This document shows positions 10,994 to 19,637 of a DNA stretch of 64,000 nucleotides, in pieces (the first letter of the stretch is position 1; each line of letters opens with the position of its first letter). The DNA lies in assembly GCA_963796455.1 (NCBI GenBank), contig CAWCLO010000004.1, positions 992,001 through 1,056,000 of the forward strand, written 5' to 3'. The translations under genes were made by a program, and so were the position numbers. Under the pieces are notes generated by a model. It did no database searches. It saw only the letters and a program-made list of their open reading frames with translations, and had not been told where the DNA came from. Origin of the DNA: Candidatus Sulfomarinibacteraceae bacterium (GTDB lineage Bacteria > Acidobacteriota > Thermoanaerobaculia > Thermoanaerobaculales > Sulfomarinibacteraceae).

Positions 10994-11861
10994 CGGCGCA
11001 TTGTTTAACGGGCCATTTGTCATAACCGGGCTTTCCGGGGCTGGGAAATCGGTTCTCAGCCGGAGCCTCGAGGACATGGGCTACAGCTGTGTGGACAATA
11101 TTCCTCTCGATCTGGTTCCGCTTTTGTTTACGCGAACGACCGAAGAGATGGAACGCCTCGTGGTGGTGCTCGACATTCGGACCCGGGGCATGATCCAGCT
11201 TTTTCCGGACTTCTTCCGCGATCTGGCAAAGAAATACAGTGGGGTTCGATTGATCTTTGTCGAGGCATCTCCGGAGATCCTGCTCAAACGTTTTTCGGTT
11301 GCCCGCCGGCCCCACCCCTTGCGTGACCTCAGTCTGGAACAGGCGATCACCGAGGAGAGAAAGACGCTCTCTGAGGTCCGTGACCTCGCCGATCTGGTAG
11401 TCGATACGACCGGTTTGTCTCCGCACGACCTGCGTCGGCAGGTGTTGTCCCTGGCCGGCGGTGATGCCACCAAACAACAGCTCGCCATCGAGGTTCAGAG
11501 CTTCTCTTATCTGCAGGGCGTGCCGGCGACGGCAAGCCTCGTTTTTGACGTTCGCTTCCTGCCAAACCCGTTTTTCGAGCAGTCATTGCGGTCCCTGGCC
11601 GGTGATGATCAACCGGTTTCCGATTGGCTCGGGAAGTTTCCGGAAGTTGAAGCAGTGGGAGATCGAATCATGGCTTTGGTATCGTATCTCCTACCGAGGT
11701 ACGCCGAAGAGCTGAAAACCCACCTCGGTATCGCCCTCGGTTGCACCGGCGGCCGACATCGATCGGTCTATATGGCCGAGCGTGTTGCCCGGGCACTCAG
11801 GGAGGAGGGTCACGAAGTGGTGGTGCATCACCGTGACAAGGAGCGCTGGAGGTATTCATGA
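10983..11861 (+). CDS. rapZ: RNase adapter RapZ/YvcJ family P-loop protein
   Basis: Motifs ITGLSGAGKS, CVDNIP, RRPHPL, DVRFLPNP and GCTGGRHRSV. Confidence 0.95.
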   Translation: MSADGALFNGPFVITGLSGAGKSVLSRSLEDMGYSCVDNIPLDLVPLLFTRTTEEMERLVVVLDIRTRGMIQLFPDFFRDLAKKYSGVRLIFVEASPEILLKRFSVARRPHPLRDLSLEQAITEERKTLSEVRDLADLVVDTTGLSPHDLRRQVLSLAGGDATKQQLAIEVQSFSYLQGVPATASLVFDVRFLPNPFFEQSLRSLAGDDQPVSDWLGKFPEVEAVGDRIMALVSYLLPRYAEELKTHLGIALGCTGGRHRSVYMAERVARALREEGHEVVVHHRDKERWRYS

Positions 11862-12274
11862 TTCCGGTCCTCATTCTGACCCACGGCAATCTCGCGTCTG
11901 AACTCCTGCAGGCCGCTCAGACCATCGACCCTTCTCTGACCGATCAGACCTCCGCCATGCCTCTACCCTGGGATGTGGACTCCGATGAGGCCTCAAAGAG
12001 CCTCAAGAAACAGCTTCGCGAGCTCGATCAGGGTGAAGGCACCCTGGTGTTGACCGATATGTTTGGCGGTACGGCAACCAATCTCGCGCTGCCATTCCTC
12101 GAAGCCAAACGGGTCGAGGTCGTCACCGGGGTCAATCTGCCGATGCTGGTCAAACTCGGTTCATTGCAGGGCCGGACCATGTCCCTGGAGGAGTTGGCCG
12201 AAGGGCTGAAGGCCGCCGGTCAGAAGAGCATTCGAGTCGCCAGCGAGTTCCTGCACGCGAAGGCATCGAGCTAA
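11858..12274 (+). CDS. PTS EIIA, mannose family
   Basis: Motifs LTHGNLA, LTDMFGGT and VTGVNLPML. Confidence 0.92.
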   Translation: MIPVLILTHGNLASELLQAAQTIDPSLTDQTSAMPLPWDVDSDEASKSLKKQLRELDQGEGTLVLTDMFGGTATNLALPFLEAKRVEVVTGVNLPMLVKLGSLQGRTMSLEELAEGLKAAGQKSIRVASEFLHAKASS

Positions 12275-12373
12275 CTCACGACAATCACATACAATAAAGG
12301 GGTCGTCTGCTTCGAAAAGCCGACCCGGCACAGAGTTCCAAGGCTACGGCCGCAATTCACGAGGAGAGATGAG

Positions 12374-12643
12374 ATGACCCAGGAGACGGTGATGATTTCG
12401 AACAAGCTCGGGCTGCACGCGCGCGCTGCCGCCAAGCTCGTTCACACCGCGAGCGTTTTTGAGGCTGAAATCTATGTTGGTACGGAAAACGAAGAGGTGA
12501 ACGCGAAATCGATCCTCGGCATTCTCACCCTCGCTGCGACCAAAGGCACTCCGCTCACCGTGCGTGCCGACGGCGCAGACGAACGTGAGGCGGTCCAGGC
12601 GATCGTCGATCTCTTTGCGGACAAATTCGGGGAAGGCCAGTGA
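12374..12643 (+). CDS. ptsH: Phosphocarrier protein HPr
   Basis: GLHARAA (His15) and NAKSILG (Ser46). Confidence 0.94.
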   Translation: MTQETVMISNKLGLHARAAAKLVHTASVFEAEIYVGTENEEVNAKSILGILTLAATKGTPLTVRADGADEREAVQAIVDLFADKFGEGQ

Positions 12644-14403
12644 GCCGATTTCTGAGCGGCCTCGGGGTCAGCCCCGGCATCGCCATCGGCGAGCCGGTGG
12701 TGCACGAGACCCGGCCGATCTCCACGTTGCGGATTCCGATCCGGGCCGACAAGGTGGACAAAGAGATCGAGCGCTTCCGAAAGGCGGTCACAACAACCGT
12801 CGAGCACATCAAGGAGAATCGCGACCGGGCTCTGGCCCAGATGGGGGAGGAGTACGCCGCCATTTTCGAGGCCCATCAACTGATTGCCTCTGATCCTTCG
12901 TTTGTCGGTCCGGTGGAGAAAGTGATTCGCGACGAGAAGGTCAACGCCGGTTGGGCCATTGATCAGGTCCTCGAACTTCTCATCAAACGTTTTGAATCGC
13001 TGCCCGACGAATACCTCGCTGACCGCAAACTCGATGTGGTCGACGTCGCCACCCAGATTCTTCATGCGCTTCATGGTCTCGATCTCGGCCAACTCGAAAA
13101 ACTCGACCGCCCGGTGATCCTGGTGGCCGACGACCTGCCTCCATCGGCTGCAGTGCAGCTCCCACTCGATCGGATCCTCGGTTTTGCCCTCGAAATGGGT
13201 GGGCCGACCTCCCACACCACCATCATCGCCCGGTCCCTGGGGATCCCGGTGATTGTCGGTGCACACGGTTCCTGCTCAGAGGCCAAACAATCTCGGCGCA
13301 TGGCCCTCGACGCCTTCGAGGGTAAGATCGTGTTCGACCCGAATCCGGCGGAGCTCAGTGAATACGAGAGCCGGCAGCGGGAGTACCAGGAACAGCAGGC
13401 GGCACTGTTACAGATGCGGGTGATGCCGACCGTGACTCGGGATGGACGGGCCATCACCCTGCTCGCAAATATCGATCTGCCCGGCGAGGTCGAACAGGCC
13501 GTTCAGTGGAACGTGGAGGGCGTGGGTCTGTACCGGTCCGAGTTCCTGTATATGAAGATGAGCCCGAATCTTCCATCGGAAGACGATCACCTCGAGGTTT
13601 ATCGGGAGATGGTCTCCGGTATGGGCGACCTGCCCGTCACCATCCGGACTTTCGATCTCGGCGGACGAAAATTGGCTCGAGAGGTCATTGGGGCCAACGA
13701 AGCCAACCCGGTGCTCGGGCTGCGTGGTATCCGGCTCTGTTTCTCGCAGCCCGAGTTCTTCCGGACCCAGCTACGGGCCCTGCTTCGAACGGCCGGGGAG
13801 TTTCCTGTCGGCCGGGTCAAGATCATGTTCCCCTTGATTTCGGGCATCGAGGAGTTTCGCATTGCACGACTCCTGGTCCGCGAAATCACCAAGCAGCTCC
13901 TCGAGGAAGGCCGGAACGTCCACGAACAGATACCCCTGGGCGCCATGGTCGAGGTGCCCGCCTCGGCAATCATGGCCAGGGAGCTTGCCCGGGAGGTGGA
14001 TTTCATGTCGATCGGCACCAATGACCTGATCCAATACTCGCTGGCGGTCGATCGATCAAATGACCTCGTCGCAAATCTCTATCGTCCAACGAACCCGGCG
14101 GTACTGCGTCTGATCTCGAACGTCATCGATGCCGGCAAGGCCGAAGGCATCGAGGTGTCCATGTGCGGGGAAATGGCCGCGGATCCGCTGATGGTGCCGG
14201 TTTTGGTGGGTCTGGGTCTCGAACGATTCAGCATGAACCCGCAGGCGGTTCCGGTGGTCCGGGCCCTCGTACGTCAACTGTCGTACCGTGAAGCCGCACA
14301 TATTGCTCGCACCGCGTCGAAGATGATCACCGCCAGGGACGTGGAAGAATACCTGCTCGAACGACTGGCCTTCCAACTCGCGAAAACAAAGATTCAGGTC
14401 TGA
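12640..14403 (+). CDS. ptsI: PEP-protein phosphotransferase (Enzyme I)
   Basis: Motifs GGPTSHTTIIAR, GVGLYRSEFL, NPVLGLRGIR, SIGTNDLIQY and MCGEMA. Confidence 0.96.
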   Translation: MSRFLSGLGVSPGIAIGEPVVHETRPISTLRIPIRADKVDKEIERFRKAVTTTVEHIKENRDRALAQMGEEYAAIFEAHQLIASDPSFVGPVEKVIRDEKVNAGWAIDQVLELLIKRFESLPDEYLADRKLDVVDVATQILHALHGLDLGQLEKLDRPVILVADDLPPSAAVQLPLDRILGFALEMGGPTSHTTIIARSLGIPVIVGAHGSCSEAKQSRRMALDAFEGKIVFDPNPAELSEYESRQREYQEQQAALLQMRVMPTVTRDGRAITLLANIDLPGEVEQAVQWNVEGVGLYRSEFLYMKMSPNLPSEDDHLEVYREMVSGMGDLPVTIRTFDLGGRKLAREVIGANEANPVLGLRGIRLCFSQPEFFRTQLRALLRTAGEFPVGRVKIMFPLISGIEEFRIARLLVREITKQLLEEGRNVHEQIPLGAMVEVPASAIMARELAREVDFMSIGTNDLIQYSLAVDRSNDLVANLYRPTNPAVLRLISNVIDAGKAEGIEVSMCGEMAADPLMVPVLVGLGLERFSMNPQAVPVVRALVRQLSYREAAHIARTASKMITARDVEEYLLERLAFQLAKTKIQV

Positions 14404-14491
14404 ACCCGTCACCCTCCCTCTGCAACCTGAGCGGAGGCAAACAGGCGCCGTGACGGTTGGCTCCCAAATCTCACCCGGCTAAAATGGAATC

Positions 14492-14866
14492 ATGATCAAA
14501 ATCACCGAAGCACGCATCGTCGATAAACCCTGGGGGCACGAAGAGATCTTCGCCCACACCAAAGACTATGTCGGCAAGATTCTCTTTGTCCGCACCGGAG
14601 AGGCGCTGAGTCTTCAGTACCACGAAGTCAAAGAGGAGACTCTCCGGGTGCTCGGCGGGGAGCTCGAATTGGTCACCGGCAGCAGCGTCGACGAACTCGA
14701 AACTCACCTTCTGAAAGAGGGGAATGTGTTTCACATACCTCCCCGCACCCTCCACCGGATGGTGGCGATCAGTGATTGCACCCTGCTGGAGGTGTCTACC
14801 AGCAACCTCGATGACGTGGTGCGACTCGAGGATCGATATGGCCGTGAAGGAACTTCTGAGGCCTGA
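14492..14866 (+). CDS. Cupin protein (mannose-6-phosphate isomerase C-terminal-like)
   Basis: Motifs KPWGHE, LSLQYHEVKEET, HRM, LLEVST and DDVVRLEDRYGR. Confidence 0.85.
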   Translation: MIKITEARIVDKPWGHEEIFAHTKDYVGKILFVRTGEALSLQYHEVKEETLRVLGGELELVTGSSVDELETHLLKEGNVFHIPPRTLHRMVAISDCTLLEVSTSNLDDVVRLEDRYGREGTSEA

Positions 14867-14907
14867 ATACGTCATACTGGTAATGAGAGACCCCATGAAA
14901 GGGGAGA

Positions 14908-15627
14908 ATGACGATGAGGCCGATGATGACAATTCGCTGGCATGTATCGCTGGTGGCGGCCGCCATCTGGTGCGGTGGCGCACTGTATGCGGCTGGTCCG
15001 ACGCCGACACCTACCCCGACGCCCCGCCCCTCAGGCGGCCAGTCGCTGAACGAAGTAGCCAAGGACAAGCAGCTTAAAGGTACTGGCAAAGGAACGTCGA
15101 TCGTCATTACCAACGAGAATCTCTCTGAATATGCCGACAAAGGCGGTTTGACCACCGCCAAAGAAAAAGAAGCGGGCAAGGGTTCCCGCCGGCCGGTCCG
15201 GGGAGACGCAACCGACTCCAGTGTGACCGTTCTCGGACCCACCGATCCCCTCCACATGGACGAGCGCCAGAGATATTGGGTGGGGCAGTACCAGAACCAA
15301 ATCAACATGGTGACCTCCGTTAAACGACAGATTGCGGTTCTCGATGCCGAAATCCCCGGGCTTTGGAACGACTTCTTCGCTCGCGATGACCCCGCCTATC
15401 GAGATGGAGTGATCAAACCAAAGCTCGATGCGTCCATCAAACGGCGGGAGAGGCTGGTGGAACAGTTGGCGACGGCCGAACCGAGGCTGCAGGAGATCAA
15501 GGAGCAGGCACGGCGCGATGGTGCCCAACCGGGATGGTTCCGCGGTATCACCGTACCTGACGAGATCCCGCCGACGCCGACTCCGGAAACCAAAGCAGTC
15601 GAGAAAGACACTTATGTAATTAAGTAG
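14908..15627 (+). CDS. Hypothetical secreted protein with a Pro/Thr linker and coiled coil
   Basis: Signal-peptide-like N-terminus, PTPTPTPTP tract and helical C-terminal region. Confidence 0.65.
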   Translation: MTMRPMMTIRWHVSLVAAAIWCGGALYAAGPTPTPTPTPRPSGGQSLNEVAKDKQLKGTGKGTSIVITNENLSEYADKGGLTTAKEKEAGKGSRRPVRGDATDSSVTVLGPTDPLHMDERQRYWVGQYQNQINMVTSVKRQIAVLDAEIPGLWNDFFARDDPAYRDGVIKPKLDASIKRRERLVEQLATAEPRLQEIKEQARRDGAQPGWFRGITVPDEIPPTPTPETKAVEKDTYVIK

Positions 15628-15748
15628 ATTCTGAGAATCTGCTCAAACTCGATCGTTCTGAGTCGCACTCATCTCGCAAACAGTGAATTCACGCCTTGCA
15701 GCAAGAGCCGACCGAGGATACACTTCCGGCGTTGGACGGAAACTGCGA

Positions 15749-17098
15749 ATGAGATCCTTTTTCATTGAAACCTGGGGCTGCCAGATGAATCTGCACGACA
15801 GCGAGCTGATCGAAGGGCAGCTGCGTGAACACGGAATGTCTCCAGCCGAAAATGCCGCCGCTGCCGATCTGGTCATCCTCAACACCTGTTCAGTTCGGGA
15901 GCGCCCGGTCCACAAGATCGTCAGCCGCATCGGCGCGCTTGAAAAAACCAAGTCGCCGCCGCTGATCGGTGTCTGTGGCTGCGTCGCGCAACAAGAGGGC
16001 GCTTCGCTCCTGAAGAGATCCAAAACAGTGGGTTTTGTTCTCGGTCCCGGCCAGATCGCCCGGGTAGGGGAGGCGCTCCGCGCGATCGAGCAGGGTGGCC
16101 GTCCGGTTCTGACCGGTTTTGATGCCGAGCCGCGAACACAACTTCCAGACGATTTTTCGCAAAAGCTCGACCCGGGGAATGGTTACCGTGGTTGAGGGCT
16201 GCAACGAGTTTTGCACCTTCTGCATCGTTCCTTATACGCGTGGGCGAGAGGTCAGCAGGACCCTCGAAGACGTGATCACCGAAGTCAGGCACCTAGCCGG
16301 GGACGGGTTGAAGGAGATCGAGCTCCTCGGCCAGACGATCAATGCCTACCGGTGCCCCGAGACGAATGCTCCTTTTGCCGATCTTCTCGAGGCCGTGGCG
16401 GCGATCGACGGCATCGAACGAGTCCGCTATATCACCTCCCATCCGCGTCATTTTGATGATCGTTTGATCGAAGTGCTCGCAGACAATCCGAAGGTCTCCC
16501 GCTATCTTCATCTGCCGTTCCAGGCCGGATCGAACCGCATCCTGGAGCGCATGCACCGCCGTTACACCCGGGAAGAGTTCTCGGAGCTCATCGGGAAAAT
16601 CCGAGCGAGTATTCCGGACATCAATATTTCGACCGATGTCATCGTCGGTTTCCCCGGCGAGACCGAAGAAGAGTTTCAGGAGTCTCTCGACCTGCTCGAA
16701 TCTCTCGAATTCGGCCAGGTCTTTGCATTTGCTTATTCGCCCAGGCCGCGGACCCCTGCCGCCAAATACGACGATCCGGTTCCGGAGACTGTCATGAAGA
16801 ACCGTCTCCACCGCCTCTTCGAATTGACCGATCGAATTTCCCGCCGGCTCAACCAGGCGATCGTCGGCACGAAGTCCGGGTACTGATCGATGGCGACAGC
16901 CGAATGTCCCCCGATGATTGGCAGGGCCGGGGCGAGGACAACAGGGTTGTCAATTTTGCCAAGACGGGACGTGAAGCGATCGGCGACGTCGTGGATGTCC
17001 GCATTACCCGCGCGGGAGCCCACTCACTGTTTGGTGAGAGTCTGCGAAAAACCGACCGTCTGCCGGTGCTTCAGACACGATCGGTTGGAGCCGCTTGA
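15749..17098 (+). CDS. miaB: tRNA-2-methylthio-N6-dimethylallyladenosine synthase (frameshifts near 16130 and 16880)
   Basis: Motifs ETWGCQMNLHDS, NTCSVRE, GCVAQ, the radical SAM motif CNEFCTFC, DVIVGFPGET and YSPRPRT, and a TRAM-like tail. Split over three ORFs. Confidence 0.9.
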
Positions 17099-17130
17099 CA
17101 TCAGCCATCGGTTCTCGCCACAGTGGAGAG

Positions 17131-17629
17131 GTGAGCAGTCACCCTGACCCAAGTGAAGCCGTCAAAATGACCGTTCGTGGATTGGTAATGGATCCGACGT
17201 CCAACAGTCCGGTGGTCATCCTGCAAAACTCTGACGGCACGGCGTTTCTGCCCATTTGGATCGGTGTCTGCGAAGCGAACTCCATAGCCCTGGTTCTTGA
17301 AGGGGTGGAAAGCCCGCGACCGATGACCCACGATCTGGTCCATAATCTCCTGGACACCGCGGGGTGCGCGGTGGAGCACATTTTTATTCATTCCCTGGAC
17401 GACAGTATCTTTATTGCGTCGATTCAGCTCCGTGATGCCGACCTTCGACCCATCAGGTGGATTCTCGCCCCTCGGACGCCATTGCCCTGGCCTTGCGGAC
17501 CGGGGCGGATGTGCTCGTCGATTCTTCAGTTTTGGAGAGGCCGTCCTGAGCGAAACCGATATCGAGGACACCATCCGCACCATCCTCGAACGAATGCGGC
17601 CCGAAGACATGGGCGAATACGAGATGTGA
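17131..17629 (+). CDS. Bifunctional nuclease family protein (DUF151), frameshifted
   Basis: Motifs LPIWIGVCEANSI and PRPMTHDL. The C-terminal part shifts frame around 17450-17530. Confidence 0.82.
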
Positions 17630-17656
17630 CCGGGATCGCAAGGTCGTTCGGCCGCG

Positions 17657-17686
17657 TTGACACCTGATTCGTTGCCCTCCTATGAT
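17657..17686 (+). promoter_or_regulatory. Putative sigma70 promoter of parA-like gene
   Basis: TTGACA-18 nt-TATGAT, with SD GGAGA before ATG 17731. Confidence 0.6.
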
Positions 17687-17730
17687 GACCCAACGCAACC
17701 CGTTGCAGCGGAACGGAGCACGGAGAACCC

Positions 17731-18492
17731 ATGATCATCGCCATCACCAATCAAAAGGGCGGCGTCGGAAAGACGACCACCGCCATCAATCTTGCGGCCG
17801 GCCTGGCCCTCAAAGGGCCTCCAGACCCTGCTGATCGATCTCGACCCGCAGGCCAACTCGACCATGTCGAACACCGATCTCGACACCATCGATGGCAATA
17901 TGTTCGATGTGCTGCGGGGCGAAAAGTCTCGGCCGAGGTCATCATCCCCGGAGCCCACGAGAATCTCTGGGTCGCGCCGTCACGAATTGCCATGGCGAAG
18001 CTCGAGGTCAACATGGTTGGAGAACTCGACGCGCCATACGAGCTCAAAGATGCGATCGAGACCCTCGAAATCCACTTCGACGCGGTTATCATCGACACCG
18101 CGCCGACCCTCGGTCTCCTCACGGTGAATGCACTCGTCGCCGCCACTCACGTTCTGATTCCGATTCAGGCGTCCTATTTTGCACTCGAGGGAACCGATGA
18201 CCTGTTGGAGACCATCGACAAGATCAAGGCCCGACCAAACACCCAACTCCAGATGCTCGGGGTTTTGATCACCATGTTCGATCGCCGAACCATTCTCGCT
18301 CGGGAGGTCAAGGCGGAAATCGAAGAAGTGTTTGGCGACATCGTTTTTGGGACCTTCATCACAAAATCCGTTCGACTCGAAGAATCACCGGCTCATCGGT
18401 CAAGCATCTTCGACCACGCGCCGTCTTCGAGCGGCGCCTATGAATATTACCGGCTCTGCGAGGAGGTTCTGCAACGTGTCGGCTCCGAATAA
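17731..18492 (+). CDS. parA: ParA/Soj family ATPase (compensating indels ~17815-17930)
   Basis: Motif NQKGGVGKTTTAINL. LIDLDPQANST appears in an alternative frame. Also IIDTAPTLGLLTVNAL and SVRLEESP. Confidence 0.88.
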   Translation: MIIAITNQKGGVGKTTTAINLAAGLALKGPPDPADRSRPAGQLDHVEHRSRHHRWQYVRCAAGRKVSAEVIIPGAHENLWVAPSRIAMAKLEVNMVGELDAPYELKDAIETLEIHFDAVIIDTAPTLGLLTVNALVAATHVLIPIQASYFALEGTDDLLETIDKIKARPNTQLQMLGVLITMFDRRTILAREVKAEIEEVFGDIVFGTFITKSVRLEESPAHRSSIFDHAPSSSGAYEYYRLCEEVLQRVGSE

Positions 18493-19397
18493 ACCGAAGG
18501 CGGGCCTCCCGGCCCACCGAAAAATGCGCCACGATCGCCATTTCGTTGACGAGTTGACGCAGAGAATGGGGGAGGGGATCGGTCGGATGGTCCGGATCAC
18601 CGCGATCACAAGCAACCAGGATCAACCCCGTTCCAATCTCGGCGACCTCGACGATCTCAAGATCTCCGATCGACGCTCACGGCGTGCTCGAGCCTCTGCT
18701 CGTCCGTCCGCTCGAAGGCGGGAACTACGAACTCGTGTCCGGTGAACGCCGATTTCACGCCGCCATGGCCGCTCGGATCTGACCGAGGTCCCGTGCATCG
18801 AGCTGACCGTCACCGACCAACAGGCTCTCGAGATCGCACTGATCGAAAACCTCCAGCGAAAGGACTTGACCGCTTTCGAGGAGGCGGACGGGTATCGAAC
18901 GCTGATCAACAAATACCATTACACCCATGCTCAGGTGGGCGAGGCCGTCGGTAGATCCCGGGTGACCGTCAGCGAAATGTCTCCGATTGCTCGAGATGCC
19001 CGAGGAGATTCGCGATCAATGTCGGCATGCCGACATCACCGCCAAAGGCATGCTTCTGGAGATCGCCAGCGTTGACGATCCAGCTGAGATGGAACGCCTC
19101 ATCCAGGAAATCGTCGAGGATCGTCTCGATCGTGCCGGTCTTCGGCGGCGTCGGGCCGATATGGAGCACGAGGCCGGTCAAGACGATCCCGTCGACAAAA
19201 ATGCGGCACCGGTGCAGCGACCGTTTCGTTTCCAATTTCGAAATCCCGACCGGAACGTTTCCATATCGCTTTCATTTCGTACTGATCAAGAGCCCGAGCC
19301 CCGACAGGTGATCGAAGTGCTCAAAGAGATGATCCGTGAAATCGAATCGGGCATCGACCAACAAACGGACGAGAAGGCGAATCCTTCCGGGGAGTGA
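18476..19397 (+). CDS. parB: ParB/Spo0J family protein (several frameshifts)
   Basis: Pieces in different frames read [36 protein letters not shown] and an HTH segment [19 protein letters not shown]. Confidence 0.82.
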
Positions 19398-19449
19398 GAA
19401 GCGGCGAAATCTACCTCTCAGGCCGGAAAATGGGGCTTCACCATATTCA

Positions 19450-19477
19450 GGTTTACATAATATATCTTATCGGACAT
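19450..19477 (-). other. dif-type XerC/XerD recombination site
   Basis: Minus strand reads ATGTCCGATAA-GATATA-TTATGTAAACC, an 11-6-11 layout. The right arm differs by one base from the B. subtilis XerD-type arm TTATGTAAACT. Confidence 0.82.
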
Positions 19478-19495
19478 TGCGTCAGGCTATGAATC

Positions 19496-19562
19496 TGTGG
19501 AAAACTTTCAGCTGTGGAAAAGCTGTGGAAGAAGTTCTGAACCGTTGTCTTAGCGTGGATGA
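19496..19562 (-). promoter_or_regulatory. Cluster of DnaA boxes
   Basis: TTTTCCACA at 19496-19504 and 19513-19521 (perfect TTWTNCACA), TCTTCCACA at 19524-19532 and a weaker TCATCCACG at 19554-19562, all on the same strand. Confidence 0.62.
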
Positions 19563-19637
19563 ACGGCGTTTCAGCAATCGGTGTAGAATTCCTTCAATGC
19601 GGCAGCATCACGTCTCACCCCGTCCGAGGCACGCCGG

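Noticed and set aside
12301..12345. Sigma-54 promoter before HPr (CGGCACAGAGTTCCA)
   Set aside because: The GC at -12 is missing at the required spacing.
14403..14458. Hairpin CCGTCAC...GTGACGG after ptsI as an SAH riboswitch or terminator
   Set aside because: It contains CTGCAAC and CAGGC but lacks the GAGGAGCG 5' element and pseudoknot partner, and it has no U tail.
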